A stretch of 64,000 nt of DNA from Candidatus Cloacimonadales bacterium (GCA_963662655.2 CAXXTU010000001.1:9751-73750), one strand, 5' to 3'. Shown: positions 25,678-34,947, numbered from the stretch's first letter. Notes: generated from the sequence alone by a model not told the origin. Numbers and translations: made by a program.

Positions 25678-25712
25678 CACGCCCCCTCGGGATTGAAGGG
25701 GCGTGCTTTTTA
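25678..25712 (+). terminator. intrinsic terminator (usable from either direction)
   Basis: CACGCCCC-N12-GGGGCGTG (25678-25705) followed by CTTTTTA on the plus strand. It lies 20 nt beyond the stop of the minus-strand ORF at 25732. Confidence 0.65.
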
Positions 25713-25731
25713 TGTGGTGCAGTTGCCGGGC

Positions 25732-25956
25732 TTATTCTGGGGAGGCTTCCGGCTTCACGATCGTTAGCTCATACTTCCGATGAAGCTGTTTCACCTTTTC
25801 GAGCGTATTCGTGAAGGTCGCATGATCGTAATAGTAGATGATATTCTTGATTCTGGATTCATCCGTCGTTACCGTGAAGCCTATCGAACCTTTGTTCATG
25901 TCCGAGCGGGACTGAGTGATTTGGATGAGTCCAATATCGATAATATTTTCTACCAT
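25732..25956 (-). CDS. hypothetical small protein (74 aa from ATG 25956; the track lists an 88-aa version from 25998)
   Basis: ATG 25956 is preceded by GGAGG (25969-25965) with an 8-nt spacer. The longer version would start inside the predicted sigma54 promoter and lacks an RBS. Sequence: MVENIIDIGLIQITQSRSDMNKGSIGFTVTTDESRIKNIIYYYDHATFTNTLEKVKQLHRKYELTIVKPEASPE. No family recognised. Confidence 0.5.
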   Translation of the reverse strand: MVENIIDIGLIQITQSRSDMNKGSIGFTVTTDESRIKNIIYYYDHATFTNTLEKVKQLHRKYELTIVKPEASPE

Positions 25957-25981
25957 TTCCAGAACCTCCACTCTTCTATAT

Positions 25982-25997
25982 TGCATAAGCCATGCCA
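25982..25997 (-). promoter_or_regulatory. sigma54 (-24/-12) promoter for the 74-aa ORF
   Basis: The minus strand reads TGGCAT-GGCTT-ATGCA. GG and GC are spaced correctly, with 2 mismatches to TGGCAC-N5-TTGCA. The predicted start near 25971 lies just upstream of the GGAGG RBS. Confidence 0.6.
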
Positions 25998-26078
25998 TTC
26001 AGGATCACGAGGGGATTAATGAGTGCAAAGTGTTTAGATACAGGAGTTTAGACCGTCCATACCGAGGAGAAACGGAGA

Positions 26079-26110
26079 TCACGAAAACGTGACGAATCAC
26101 GATACCGTGA
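26079..26110. promoter_or_regulatory. pair of 14-bp palindromes, candidate upstream activator sequence for a sigma54 activator
   Basis: TCACGAAAACGTGA (26079-26092) and TCACGATACCGTGA (26097-26110), both TCACG-N4-CGTGA. Centres are 18 bp apart. An extra half-site CGTGA lies at 26129-26133. The pair sits ~90-110 bp upstream of the -24 element and 42-75 bp beyond the activator gene stop. Confidence 0.5.
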
Positions 26111-26151
26111 CGATGAAAATGGCGGAAACGTGATGGTTGGGCCAGGGGGGG

Positions 26152-28413
26152 CTACTTCAAATCGTACTTTTTCATTTTGCGAAAGATGGCATTCTGCGAG
26201 ATACCAAGCAGCTCTGCCGCTTTTTTCTGATTCCATTTCGACCGATCGAGAGCGGTTTTCACCAGTTCCCGCTCGTTCTCATCCAGATTGAGGTTTTGAC
26301 GCACCTCGATCGATGCGAGATTGTTTTTCACCTCTTTGACGGGGAGGATCTTACGGGCAATCGATTCATTCAATATCCGATCGTCGGCGAGAATAATCGC
26401 ACGTTCGATCAGGTTTCGCAGTTCCCTCACGTTGCCCGGGAAACTGTAAGAACGGAATTTCTCGATGAATCCCTCCGTTATGTTGGAGGGTTCTCGGTTC
26501 AGCTTCTTTCCGATCAGATCAATGTAATGCCACATGAGAACGATGATATCCTCGGGCCGCTCCCGCAATGGTGGGATATAGATTTCGATGGTATTGAGCC
26601 GGTGGAGCAGGTCATACCTGAATTGATCGTCCTCCACGACTTGATGGATGTCCCTGTTGGTGGAGGCGATCACACGGAAATCGACATCGATGGGCGTGCT
26701 GTCCCCGACACGGATAATCTTCTTCTCTTCGATGGCGCGCAGGAGTTTGGCCTGGAAATCGAGAGGCATTTCGGTGATTTCATCCAGAAACAGCGTACCC
26801 CTGTTCGCTTGCTGAATAAATCCACGCTTGTCGCAGTCGGCGCTCGTGAAGGCACCTTTCACATGCCCAAAAAACTCGCTTTCAAAAAGGTTTTCGCTGA
26901 TCGCGCTGCTGTTGATCGCGCAGAAATAGGCATCCTTGCGAACGCTCGCGTGATGGATAATCCGCGAGATAATCTCCTTGCCAACACCGCTCTCCCCGTA
27001 GATGATCACGTTGACGTCCGGATGCATCGCCGCCCTCATCGCCATGTCGTGCACGTCTCGTATCTGCTGGCTCTTGCCAATCAACTGATGCCCCACCTGC
27101 TGCTGAAGATCGGCGTTGAGAAGCTCGCACCGCTCTTGTAGATTCTCGTACTGGGTATTCAGAATGTCGTAACGCTTCTTGATGTTCGAGATATCTTCAT
27201 GGGAGGTGAAGTCATACACCCTTTCGTAATACCGAACGCACTCCAGCAGATAGCCGTAAGCGTCCTCGAAATCGCCCCTTTCGGCAGAATTGTAGGAGAG
27301 ATTCCGGTAGGCCTCTCCGAGGTGCGTTTTCAGGTTGTGTTCCTTGAGGATGTCGATCCCGCGCTTGATATACTCTTCCGCGGTCGAGTAGTTACCGCTA
27401 ATGCGCTCGCACGAGCCAATATTGATGTTCAACAAGGCGTACAATTGAGGATTTTCCTCTTTGTGTATCGATTCGAGAGCCTTCATGTAATACTTCATCG
27501 CCTTCTTCACCTGATTCAGGCCGAAATAGATATTGGCGATGTTGTTGTAAAGCGTGCCCCGCTGCCAGAACATGTTCAATTCGGTGTAGAGCTTCAGCGC
27601 TTTGAAGTAGGATTTCAGGGCGTTCGCCAGATCGTTCGTCTTATGGTATACGACGCCGAGATTGATGAACAGCACCGCGAGCATCTGCTTGTCGCCCAGT
27701 TTCTCGAGCTCGTCCTGTCCTTTCGAGTAGTACTCGAAAGCCTTGTCGTATTCCTGAAGATTGCGATAGCAGTTGCCGATATTGAGGATGATCCGGCCCT
27801 TGACTTTCTCGACCTTGTACTCGATGCTCATACGCCAGGCAAGCATGTAATACTCGAGCGCTCGCTTGTATAATTCCTGCTTCACCAAGCCGGTAGCCAT
27901 TTTATTGTATGTTTGAATCAAAACTTCATGGTTGCCCAACTTACGATTGAGGACGATCGACCGTTCATAGTAAGCTTGCGCTTTTTTTAAATCCCCGAGC
28001 TCCATGTATGCAAAGCCGATGTTCTGGTACCTGCTCGGATTCAAGCTTTCGTCTCCCATCCGGGCAACGATCTCGTCGATCTTCAGGCAATGGTTCAACA
28101 TCGAACGGATGTCGTTGTTCATCCAGTAGGAGTTGGCGATTTCATTGTGACTCATAGCGAGCAAATCAAGCAGGTGATGAACCTCGAGAAGCGGCATGAC
28201 TTTCTCCAGGATGTTCATCCCTTCAGCCATTTGCCTAAGCTTGAGCTTGCCAATGCCCTTGAGAGTCTGAAGTTCGAGATATGCATTCGATCGGGGATTG
28301 GCTGGCATCTCCTTGAGATGTTTCTCAACAAGCTGTAGCGTTTCCTCCGGCTTCGTATGGATATCCTTCCGCGCCGCCGTCAAGAATGAAACGATTGAAT
28401 GGTCCTCCATCAA
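26152..28413 (-). CDS. sigma54-dependent transcriptional activator with N-terminal TPR array (no receiver, GAF or PAS domain)
   Basis: aa ~1-430 are TPR-like repeats. AAA+ core carries GESGVGKE, ESEFFGHVKGAFTSA (GAFTGA variant) and LFLDEI. C-terminal Fis-type HTH: KKAAELLGISQNAIFRKMKKY. Confidence 0.85.
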   Translation of the reverse strand: MMEDHSIVSFLTAARKDIHTKPEETLQLVEKHLKEMPANPRSNAYLELQTLKGIGKLKLRQMAEGMNILEKVMPLLEVHHLLDLLAMSHNEIANSYWMNNDIRSMLNHCLKIDEIVARMGDESLNPSRYQNIGFAYMELGDLKKAQAYYERSIVLNRKLGNHEVLIQTYNKMATGLVKQELYKRALEYYMLAWRMSIEYKVEKVKGRIILNIGNCYRNLQEYDKAFEYYSKGQDELEKLGDKQMLAVLFINLGVVYHKTNDLANALKSYFKALKLYTELNMFWQRGTLYNNIANIYFGLNQVKKAMKYYMKALESIHKEENPQLYALLNINIGSCERISGNYSTAEEYIKRGIDILKEHNLKTHLGEAYRNLSYNSAERGDFEDAYGYLLECVRYYERVYDFTSHEDISNIKKRYDILNTQYENLQERCELLNADLQQQVGHQLIGKSQQIRDVHDMAMRAAMHPDVNVIIYGESGVGKEIISRIIHHASVRKDAYFCAINSSAISENLFESEFFGHVKGAFTSADCDKRGFIQQANRGTLFLDEITEMPLDFQAKLLRAIEEKKIIRVGDSTPIDVDFRVIASTNRDIHQVVEDDQFRYDLLHRLNTIEIYIPPLRERPEDIIVLMWHYIDLIGKKLNREPSNITEGFIEKFRSYSFPGNVRELRNLIERAIILADDRILNESIARKILPVKEVKNNLASIEVRQNLNLDENERELVKTALDRSKWNQKKAAELLGISQNAIFRKMKKYDLK

Positions 28414-28474
28414 TACCCCGATCTATCCAAGTTTTTGCATTTGAATTTTACCAGCATGATTCGTACAATTGACT

Positions 28475-29257
28475 TCACTGAATTAATGATATCGAATGAG
28501 TCAATGAAAAAAGCAAAACCAACGAAAATAATAAAATTCCGACAACCTGCACCAGATAGTCCCACATCGTCAGGCGTTCGAGCATGAAATCCGTTCGCAT
28601 CTTCCGATAGCGAAATCCCCGCATCTCCAGCGATATTGACCGATACTTCACATCGTTCAAAACACCTGCCACGATTGGCACGACAAGGCAAGAAATCGCC
28701 TTTCCTCGTTTGAGAACCGGGATGTCGCCCAGCCTGATCCCACGTACCTGTAGCGCTTCCCTTATCACCGTGATCTGTCGGCGAAACATCGGGATGAAAT
28801 GGATCGTGGAGGCGATCAAGAAGGAAATCTCGTACGGGATTTTCCATGCGCGGAAGGCCCTGAGATAATCCGTGAACGGATAATCGAACAGCAAACCCGC
28901 AACGAGAACGATCAGAAACAGTCGCATCGAAGTTACCGCCGCATAGGTGAGCCCCGTTTCGGTTATCAGCAGCAGATGCCATTGAAACAACGGCTCACCT
29001 CCCCGGCGTAACAGCACTTGCGCTATGAAGATCGCTACGATCACCCGGAATATCCGTTTGATTCGATGCAGGATCCTGACAATCGATTGCCTACTTCGAT
29101 TTTTTACTATCAGAATCAGACAGGTAAAAGCGATTGCTGCCGCCTGAATCGTAATGGATTGTGATGCGATAGCAAGCGAAGAGATCAGCATAACCAGAAC
29201 CAGCATCGTTCTGAGGCTCAATTGATTAGGCCTTTTTATCTGTTGGAATTCCTGCAT
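28475..29257 (-). CDS. EcfT/CbiQ-family transmembrane protein (energy-coupling-factor T component)
   Basis: 260-aa polytopic protein with the two coupling-helix motifs IREALQVRGIRLG and SLEMRGFRY (family Ala-Arg-Gly-type signatures). Confidence 0.6.
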   Translation of the reverse strand: MQEFQQIKRPNQLSLRTMLVLVMLISSLAIASQSITIQAAAIAFTCLILIVKNRSRQSIVRILHRIKRIFRVIVAIFIAQVLLRRGGEPLFQWHLLLITETGLTYAAVTSMRLFLIVLVAGLLFDYPFTDYLRAFRAWKIPYEISFLIASTIHFIPMFRRQITVIREALQVRGIRLGDIPVLKRGKAISCLVVPIVAGVLNDVKYRSISLEMRGFRYRKMRTDFMLERLTMWDYLVQVVGILLFSLVLLFSLTHSISLIQ

Positions 29258-29431
29258 TTTATTATCCCCGGAAAGCGGAAATCACCGCCAGCTCTTTTAT
29301 TTTTTATATGTCTGCAAATGAATATCTTACAGATGTTTTACGTTTTTCCTTCGACATTTGGCGTTCATTGAGCATATTATTATTAGGATGTAAAGGAAAA
29401 AAGCAGGCAGGAAGCCACGAGCATTATCGAG

Positions 29432-31135
29432 ATGAAGAAACTACAGAAATTCATGAATGTATATCAGATACATTTTATCAGCTCGCTGATAATTATTCTC
29501 CTGTTATCAGTAGGGATCGGTATTATCCTTTACCGAAACCTAAATCGCATTTTCAAGGAACAAAACGATTATTTCGAGCAAAACGTTCAATACCAGAAGA
29601 TCACCATCGAGAAACGCTTTGACAGCATGTCGCGAGATATGGAGCGCGATATGATCAAAGATCAAAGATTGAAGCTCAAGACAAATGTTATCCGCGAGAT
29701 CAATCGCATCCAGCAAATCAGGATACAGATCGATCGACTGATGGAGATCGAACTCGATAATACCCTGAAAGCTCAATTGTACATTTTGGATTACCTGTAT
29801 AATACGCACAAGGATCAAAACATAACCGACAATCTTGAAGCGCATGTTCTCGAGCATTTGGGATTTCAGCGGCCAACTGCCAGGTTCTTCTGCATTGTAA
29901 GAAAGGATTCCGAGCTGATTTTTTACCGTGATCAAAATTACACAAAAGAGACCTTGCCCGATAAGATGAAAGCGCTGCTGAGCATCGATGCGCTCATCGA
30001 TGAGGTCTCCGACAAGACATTTTCTTTCCACCGATTTCCTTCTCCGGGCTCCGTTTTGGACGACATGAAGATTTCACCTGCGGTGGCAAGCATTGCGAAA
30101 CTTGACGGGCTTGACTGGGTGATTGTTTACGGTGTGACCAGAGGAACGGTATTGGAAGATTTGCATCTCGGGACGAGGCAATACCTGGAAAGCTTCGGGC
30201 AGTCTTCAAGGTTTGCGGAATCCATCAGAATCTATGAATTACTCGACAACGCGGGGGGCGATAAATTTGCCCGTATCGTAATGGCCCCCCAGAATCCTCA
30301 TCTCAATGGAAGCTATGTTTCGACAAAAGAAATCGACGATCAGGGCTACCCGTATTACGGTGAGATGCTCAAGGAAGTAAACATCAATGGCGAGGCGTAC
30401 ATCCGGTATGTAATTGCAGACGAAACGGAAAAATCCCCATCCGAGGTACTGACATACTTCAAGATTCTTCCCGACCGAAGATGGATTGTTTCCAACAGTA
30501 TCAACATCAGCGATATGTATCAGACACTTGCGAACGAAAAAAAGGGCATCCAGGAAGTCTTGTTCGAGGAAGACGAAGACTCACAGTTACTTTATGATGC
30601 CAAGACCATTTACTCGCTCATGAGAAGAGATTATATCAAGCTCATCGTCATATTGCTCGGATACGCGTCCATCGGCATCCTGCTTTCGTTCCTGATATCG
30701 AGAAGAGTGCAGAGAACCTTTATCTCATACCGTAACGAAGCGGTTCGGCGAACTGAAAAGCTCACTCAGACGAACAAGAACCTGCAAAAAGAGTTTGTTC
30801 AGCGCGTCAAGGCCGAGCGAGAAAAAGCCGACCTCGAACGCAAGACATCCGCCCTCGCCATGGCCGTTACCGCAAGCCACGAGATCAACCAGCCTCTCAT
30901 GATCCTGAAGGGAAACCTCGAACTCTTCATGATGAAGATCGATGTCGATTCTCTCGCCCCAGACCAGATCAAGAGGCTCAACAGGATCAGCGAATCACTC
31001 GAACGCATCCAGAAGATATTAGACAAGTTCCACGAAGCGGATGCGATACGATTCGAGGATTACACAGACGGCACCCGCATGGTTGTCCTGGACAATATGA
31101 AATCGTCTTCAACCAACGGCTCTGCCGGTGTTTGA
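29432..31135 (+). CDS. membrane sensor with Cache-like periplasmic domains and a DHp/H-box segment but no HATPase domain
   Basis: N-terminal TM helix. Cache-like blocks (LDGLDWVIVYGVTRG; EVLTYFKILPDRRWIVSNSINISDMY). Second TM helix. Coiled coil, then H-box TASHEINQPL. The protein ends ~90 aa later with no N, G1 or G2 boxes. Confidence 0.7.
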   Translation: MKKLQKFMNVYQIHFISSLIIILLLSVGIGIILYRNLNRIFKEQNDYFEQNVQYQKITIEKRFDSMSRDMERDMIKDQRLKLKTNVIREINRIQQIRIQIDRLMEIELDNTLKAQLYILDYLYNTHKDQNITDNLEAHVLEHLGFQRPTARFFCIVRKDSELIFYRDQNYTKETLPDKMKALLSIDALIDEVSDKTFSFHRFPSPGSVLDDMKISPAVASIAKLDGLDWVIVYGVTRGTVLEDLHLGTRQYLESFGQSSRFAESIRIYELLDNAGGDKFARIVMAPQNPHLNGSYVSTKEIDDQGYPYYGEMLKEVNINGEAYIRYVIADETEKSPSEVLTYFKILPDRRWIVSNSINISDMYQTLANEKKGIQEVLFEEDEDSQLLYDAKTIYSLMRRDYIKLIVILLGYASIGILLSFLISRRVQRTFISYRNEAVRRTEKLTQTNKNLQKEFVQRVKAEREKADLERKTSALAMAVTASHEINQPLMILKGNLELFMMKIDVDSLAPDQIKRLNRISESLERIQKILDKFHEADAIRFEDYTDGTRMVVLDNMKSSSTNGSAGV

Positions 31136-31157
31136 TATCGGCGGCGACTGCAATGGA

Positions 31158-31808
31158 TCAAATGCCCAGGGATTGCTTGACTTCCTCGAGAATCCTTTTG
31201 TCAAGCCTCTCGTAACTATCCCCCTGCGTAGAAAGCGCTCTTTCAAGCAAATCCCTGTCAAAGCCGTTCTCACGCAGATGGTTGACAAGGATATCAATCC
31301 TGTCTTCTCGTCGGCGAATGATCTCGGACACCAAACGCAACTCGAGAGCGACGACCGGTATACCGACAGAACCGATCCGAATCATGCTGTAATGCCTCCA
31401 CGGACCAGAACCGTATGTCTCCAATGTATCGCTTTCCGACTCGGCCTCGACGGTACTGACCTCCAACTTTTCGCCTTGATAGGTGAAGGCGGCGTAGTAC
31501 TGCATCGACCCCTGGATGAACTGCGGACACCCCGGCTCCAGGTTCTCCCGGAACTGATCGCACACGAAGTCTACATCTTCGCGTGTTCTGGCGAGCAGGT
31601 CAATATCTGCGGGGATGATCGGCACGTCTTGTATCTGGGCGGCGGCTGTCCCGATGAGCCTCAATTCCGGCTTGTGTTTGCAATCATCGAGTTGTGAGAA
31701 AAAATCTTGCAACATCGCTTCTGTGTTCTCTTTCGACAATGCCATGACGATCCTCGATTCCATTATTCTTGGTGACAGCGCAATTCTCTCGATGTAAGCT
31801 TGAAGCAA
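31158..31808 (-). CDS. putative pol-beta-superfamily nucleotidyltransferase (start uncertain)
   Basis: LRLIGTAAAQIQDVPIIPADIDLLA fits the G[ST]-x(n)-[DE]x[DE] minimal NTase motif. There is no further support. Internal Met candidates (MESRIV, MALSKE) may be the true start. Confidence 0.4.
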   Translation of the reverse strand: MLQAYIERIALSPRIMESRIVMALSKENTEAMLQDFFSQLDDCKHKPELRLIGTAAAQIQDVPIIPADIDLLARTREDVDFVCDQFRENLEPGCPQFIQGSMQYYAAFTYQGEKLEVSTVEAESESDTLETYGSGPWRHYSMIRIGSVGIPVVALELRLVSEIIRRREDRIDILVNHLRENGFDRDLLERALSTQGDSYERLDKRILEEVKQSLGI

Positions 31809-31877
31809 TATTCAATTGACAAAGGTTTGGACTCGGCGCATCCGTTGATTCGGTTATTATTTCTTGTATAAAAAAAA

Positions 31878-31953
<76 letters not shown>

Positions 31954-32015
31954 ACGCGACAAGAGGCAAGATTAATCCGGCATATTTTGTGTCAAGGGTT
32001 TTCGGAGATTTTTTT

Positions 32016-33944
32016 ATGATAATAAGGGGTTTCTTCATCTCTCTGATTTTGCTGGCGTGCTCTATGTGGGCGGCCAATATGCCCAATATTGTTATTTTTG
32101 AACCCGATCACCAACCCGGTTCGATACAGGTCGCGGCGATCGTCCAGAACGAAATCCATCGTGCGTTGGCCGAGACCGGTAAGTTCCGAACCGTTGAGCG
32201 AAGAAACCTGCAGGCGATCATGGAAGAGCAGAAGCTCTCGATGGAGGATTTCACCGAGCAATCGAACATCTATCGGCTGGGACAACTTCTGGACGCGGAG
32301 TACATCCTCTTTTCATCCATCCACAGGCAGGAAGCGCAGATATTGATCTACCTGAGCCTGACAGACGTCTTCACCGGTGAAACCCTGTATCCGGAATCGA
32401 TCATCTCCAGCGTGGACATCCATTCCATCAAGCAGGGCATCGACAAGGCGATCGGCAACATCGCCTCGAAGTTTCAACTGACCGGACAGATTGTCCGGAT
32501 GGAAGGCGAGGATATCTTTATCGACCTCGGGATTCGAAATAACATCTCCGAGAACATGACATTCCAGGTCTATCGTAAAGGCGAACGAATATACGACCCG
32601 ACAGCGTACCGCATCATCGGGTTCGATAGGAAGCGAATCGGCGAGATCATCGTTCGAGAGGTGATCTCGGAGGAACTTGCCCGAGCAAAGCTCCTCAGCG
32701 GAGAGAACCTGGCTGTCGGGGACGAAATCGTGCCCGTTCCTCAAGAGAAGATTCCCACTCGAGTCGATGTGGAGGATTCGATTGAGTCAGAACCGAAATC
32801 CTTTACGGAAGAAACCGTCCTTCAAGTGAGAGTGAAGCCTGCCGAGACGAGATTGTTTCTCGACACGAAGGAGCTGTCACACCTGTCCTCGGAGCATCCT
32901 TACCGGGTTCAGATCGACCCGGGCATTCACTTCATCAGGCTGGAGCGCAAGGGTTTCTACCCTCTTCGCAAGCAGATCGAGATTCGCGAAGGCGAGCAAT
33001 TCAACCTTCAGGTTACCCTCCAGCCGGAGATCGGCGTTATCTACCTGAACACCGAGCCGACCGGTGTGGAGGTATACGTCGACGGGCAGTTCGAGGGAAT
33101 ATCGCCCATTCGCATCAATCGAACCAAGCCGGGGCGCTATCGCTTTGAACTAAAGAAAACCGGATATTATCCCATCAAGAAGAAGCTGCGCTTCCGGTTG
33201 GGAGAAATGGACGATATCCTCATCAAACTCGAACCGGATCCCGAAAACGAAACGGGCATCCCGGCGGCAATGGTCTTGATTCCAGGAGGAAGCTTCACGA
33301 TGGGATCGGACGATGAAGATGCGAAGCGAGACGAGCAACCGCGGCACAATGTAGAAATCGACTCGTTTTATCTGGATAAATACGAAGTGATGGTCAAACA
33401 ATTCCGGACGTTTTGCGAGGTGACAGGCTACACGATGCCGGAGCTGCCGGAGTGGGTTTCCGAGTACGACCCGATGATAAACGTTACGTGGCACGACGCG
33501 AATTCCTACGCGAAATGGGCCGGAAAACGCCTGCCGACCGAAGCGGAATGGGAGTATGTCGCCAGAGCGACAAATCCCGATGGGCCGTTCAATCCCGAGC
33601 TGGACGCAGACGACGTGCACAAGTATGCTAACATCCAGGGCCAAAACGGTGACGACCGATGGGAAAAGCTCTCCCCTGTCGGATCGTTCGAGCCGGACTC
33701 CATGGGCATCTACGATCTGGGCGGAAACGTGTTCGAATGGTGCGAAGATTGGTACGACCGCAACTACTACTCGTACAGCGTACGCAGCAATCCGACCGGC
33801 GCGAGCTACGGAAACCGCAAGGTTATCAGGGGAAGCTGCTGGGCGTTTGGTGAGAACAGCCTCAGCGTGTACGCGCGGAGCGTCGGAAATCCCCATTCGA
33901 GAAGCTCGATCATCGGTTTCAGATGCGCGAAAAACGTCAGGTAA
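32016..33944 (+). CDS. lipoprotein with PEGA domains and C-terminal FGE-sulfatase (SUMF1/C-type-lectin-fold) domain
   Basis: Start ATG 32016 (GGAG 8 nt upstream); the track start at 31950 overlaps the tRNA. Signal/lipobox-like ISLILLACS. PEGA-like TEPTGVEVYVDGQFEGISPIRI and RVKPAETRLFLD. FGE domain MVLIPGGSFTMGS...QPRHNVEIDSFYLDKYEV...WEYVARA...GNVFEWCEDWY...GFRCAK. Confidence 0.8.
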   Translation: MIIRGFFISLILLACSMWAANMPNIVIFEPDHQPGSIQVAAIVQNEIHRALAETGKFRTVERRNLQAIMEEQKLSMEDFTEQSNIYRLGQLLDAEYILFSSIHRQEAQILIYLSLTDVFTGETLYPESIISSVDIHSIKQGIDKAIGNIASKFQLTGQIVRMEGEDIFIDLGIRNNISENMTFQVYRKGERIYDPTAYRIIGFDRKRIGEIIVREVISEELARAKLLSGENLAVGDEIVPVPQEKIPTRVDVEDSIESEPKSFTEETVLQVRVKPAETRLFLDTKELSHLSSEHPYRVQIDPGIHFIRLERKGFYPLRKQIEIREGEQFNLQVTLQPEIGVIYLNTEPTGVEVYVDGQFEGISPIRINRTKPGRYRFELKKTGYYPIKKKLRFRLGEMDDILIKLEPDPENETGIPAAMVLIPGGSFTMGSDDEDAKRDEQPRHNVEIDSFYLDKYEVMVKQFRTFCEVTGYTMPELPEWVSEYDPMINVTWHDANSYAKWAGKRLPTEAEWEYVARATNPDGPFNPELDADDVHKYANIQGQNGDDRWEKLSPVGSFEPDSMGIYDLGGNVFEWCEDWYDRNYYSYSVRSNPTGASYGNRKVIRGSCWAFGENSLSVYARSVGNPHSRSSIIGFRCAKNVR

Positions 33945-34065
33945 CAATGAGGTATGCGATGTTTGCGAAAATTCTTTTGACAAAACCGCCCTTGTTAAAT
34001 ATGTTTTCATTGTGATCAAATGGCTAATTCATCATTGATATAACGCGAAAGGAAAGCATAATTTT

Positions 34066-34947
34066 ATGGCTGGCGATATTGAATGGATAAAAGAAGAGCT
34101 TGAGAAGATTCAATCACTTCCAACATTACCCGTAATTGCTTCAAGGCTACTGAATATGCTCGATTCGAGTAACGTTTCGATGGGTGAAGTCTCGAAAATA
34201 ATCGTTGTGGACCCGGCGCTTACGAGCCGCATCCTCAAGATCGCCAATTCGCCTTACTACGGAATGCGCAATCGCATCGATACCATCAAGCTTGCACTGG
34301 TCATTCTTGGCATCAACGAGATCAAGAACGTCCTGCTCAGCATTTCCCTTTTCCGTACTTTTTCGGGCGAGCAGGATGAATACGCATTCGATTCCAAAAC
34401 CTTCTGGATACACTCCATGGCTACGGCCCACTTTGCGAAGAAACTCGCGAAGGATTTCCGCCTGAAAAGCCATGGGGAGGATTTTACTGCCGGGTTGATC
34501 CACGATATCGGGAAAATCATCATCGCTCAGTATTTCGGCGAATTCATCCCGGACATCGAAAAAGCGATCCAGGAAAACAATATTCCCAATTACGAAGCGG
34601 AAGAAAAGGTGTTGGGGCTGGCTCACATGGATATCGGCGCATGGCTTGCCGAGAAGTGGAAACTCCCGCCGCATCTGATCCACACGATCCGCTATCACCA
34701 CTACGCTCATCTGAGCGAAGATAACGAATTGCTCTGTACAGTCGTTGCGCTGGCTAATCTTACGGCGAATTTCCACCAGTTTGGGAACGACCCGATGGCC
34801 GATCTGGATTCGATCATGAATTTCAGAGGCTGGAAGCTGATAGAAGAGGCCGGTAGCGTCAATGAAGGATTCGATCGTCAGGAATACATCATGAGCCTGG
34901 CTGAAGAAGCGGATGCCATCAATGCATACGTGCAAGCGCTCCTTTAG
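34066..34947 (+). CDS. HDOD-domain signalling protein
   Basis: LPTLPVIASRLLNMLDSSNVSMGEVSKIIVVDPALTSRILKIANSPYYG...AGLIHDIGKII matches the HDOD pattern. Confidence 0.85.
   Translation: MAGDIEWIKEELEKIQSLPTLPVIASRLLNMLDSSNVSMGEVSKIIVVDPALTSRILKIANSPYYGMRNRIDTIKLALVILGINEIKNVLLSISLFRTFSGEQDEYAFDSKTFWIHSMATAHFAKKLAKDFRLKSHGEDFTAGLIHDIGKIIIAQYFGEFIPDIEKAIQENNIPNYEAEEKVLGLAHMDIGAWLAEKWKLPPHLIHTIRYHHYAHLSEDNELLCTVVALANLTANFHQFGNDPMADLDSIMNFRGWKLIEEAGSVNEGFDRQEYIMSLAEEADAINAYVQALL

Noticed and set aside
25346-25814. Track ORFs 25346..25603 (-) and 25560..25814 (+), and likewise 51317..51601 (-), covering the hairpin repeats.
   Set aside because: They are read through palindromic repeat DNA and therefore appear on both strands. 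They have no RBS and lie in convergent intergenic gaps.
29359-29374. TGGCGT-TCATT-GAGCA as a sigma54 promoter for the Cache sensor gene.
   Set aside because: The GG-N10-GC spacing is right, but the -12 region (GAGCA) and -24 flank are poor, and no upstream palindromes were seen. It is too weak to call without data.
33600-33944. The FGE/C-type-lectin-fold C-terminus as a DGR variable region.
   Set aside because: No near-identical template repeat was found downstream (33945-34065 is unrelated). No reverse transcriptase or accessory gene is present anywhere in the window.
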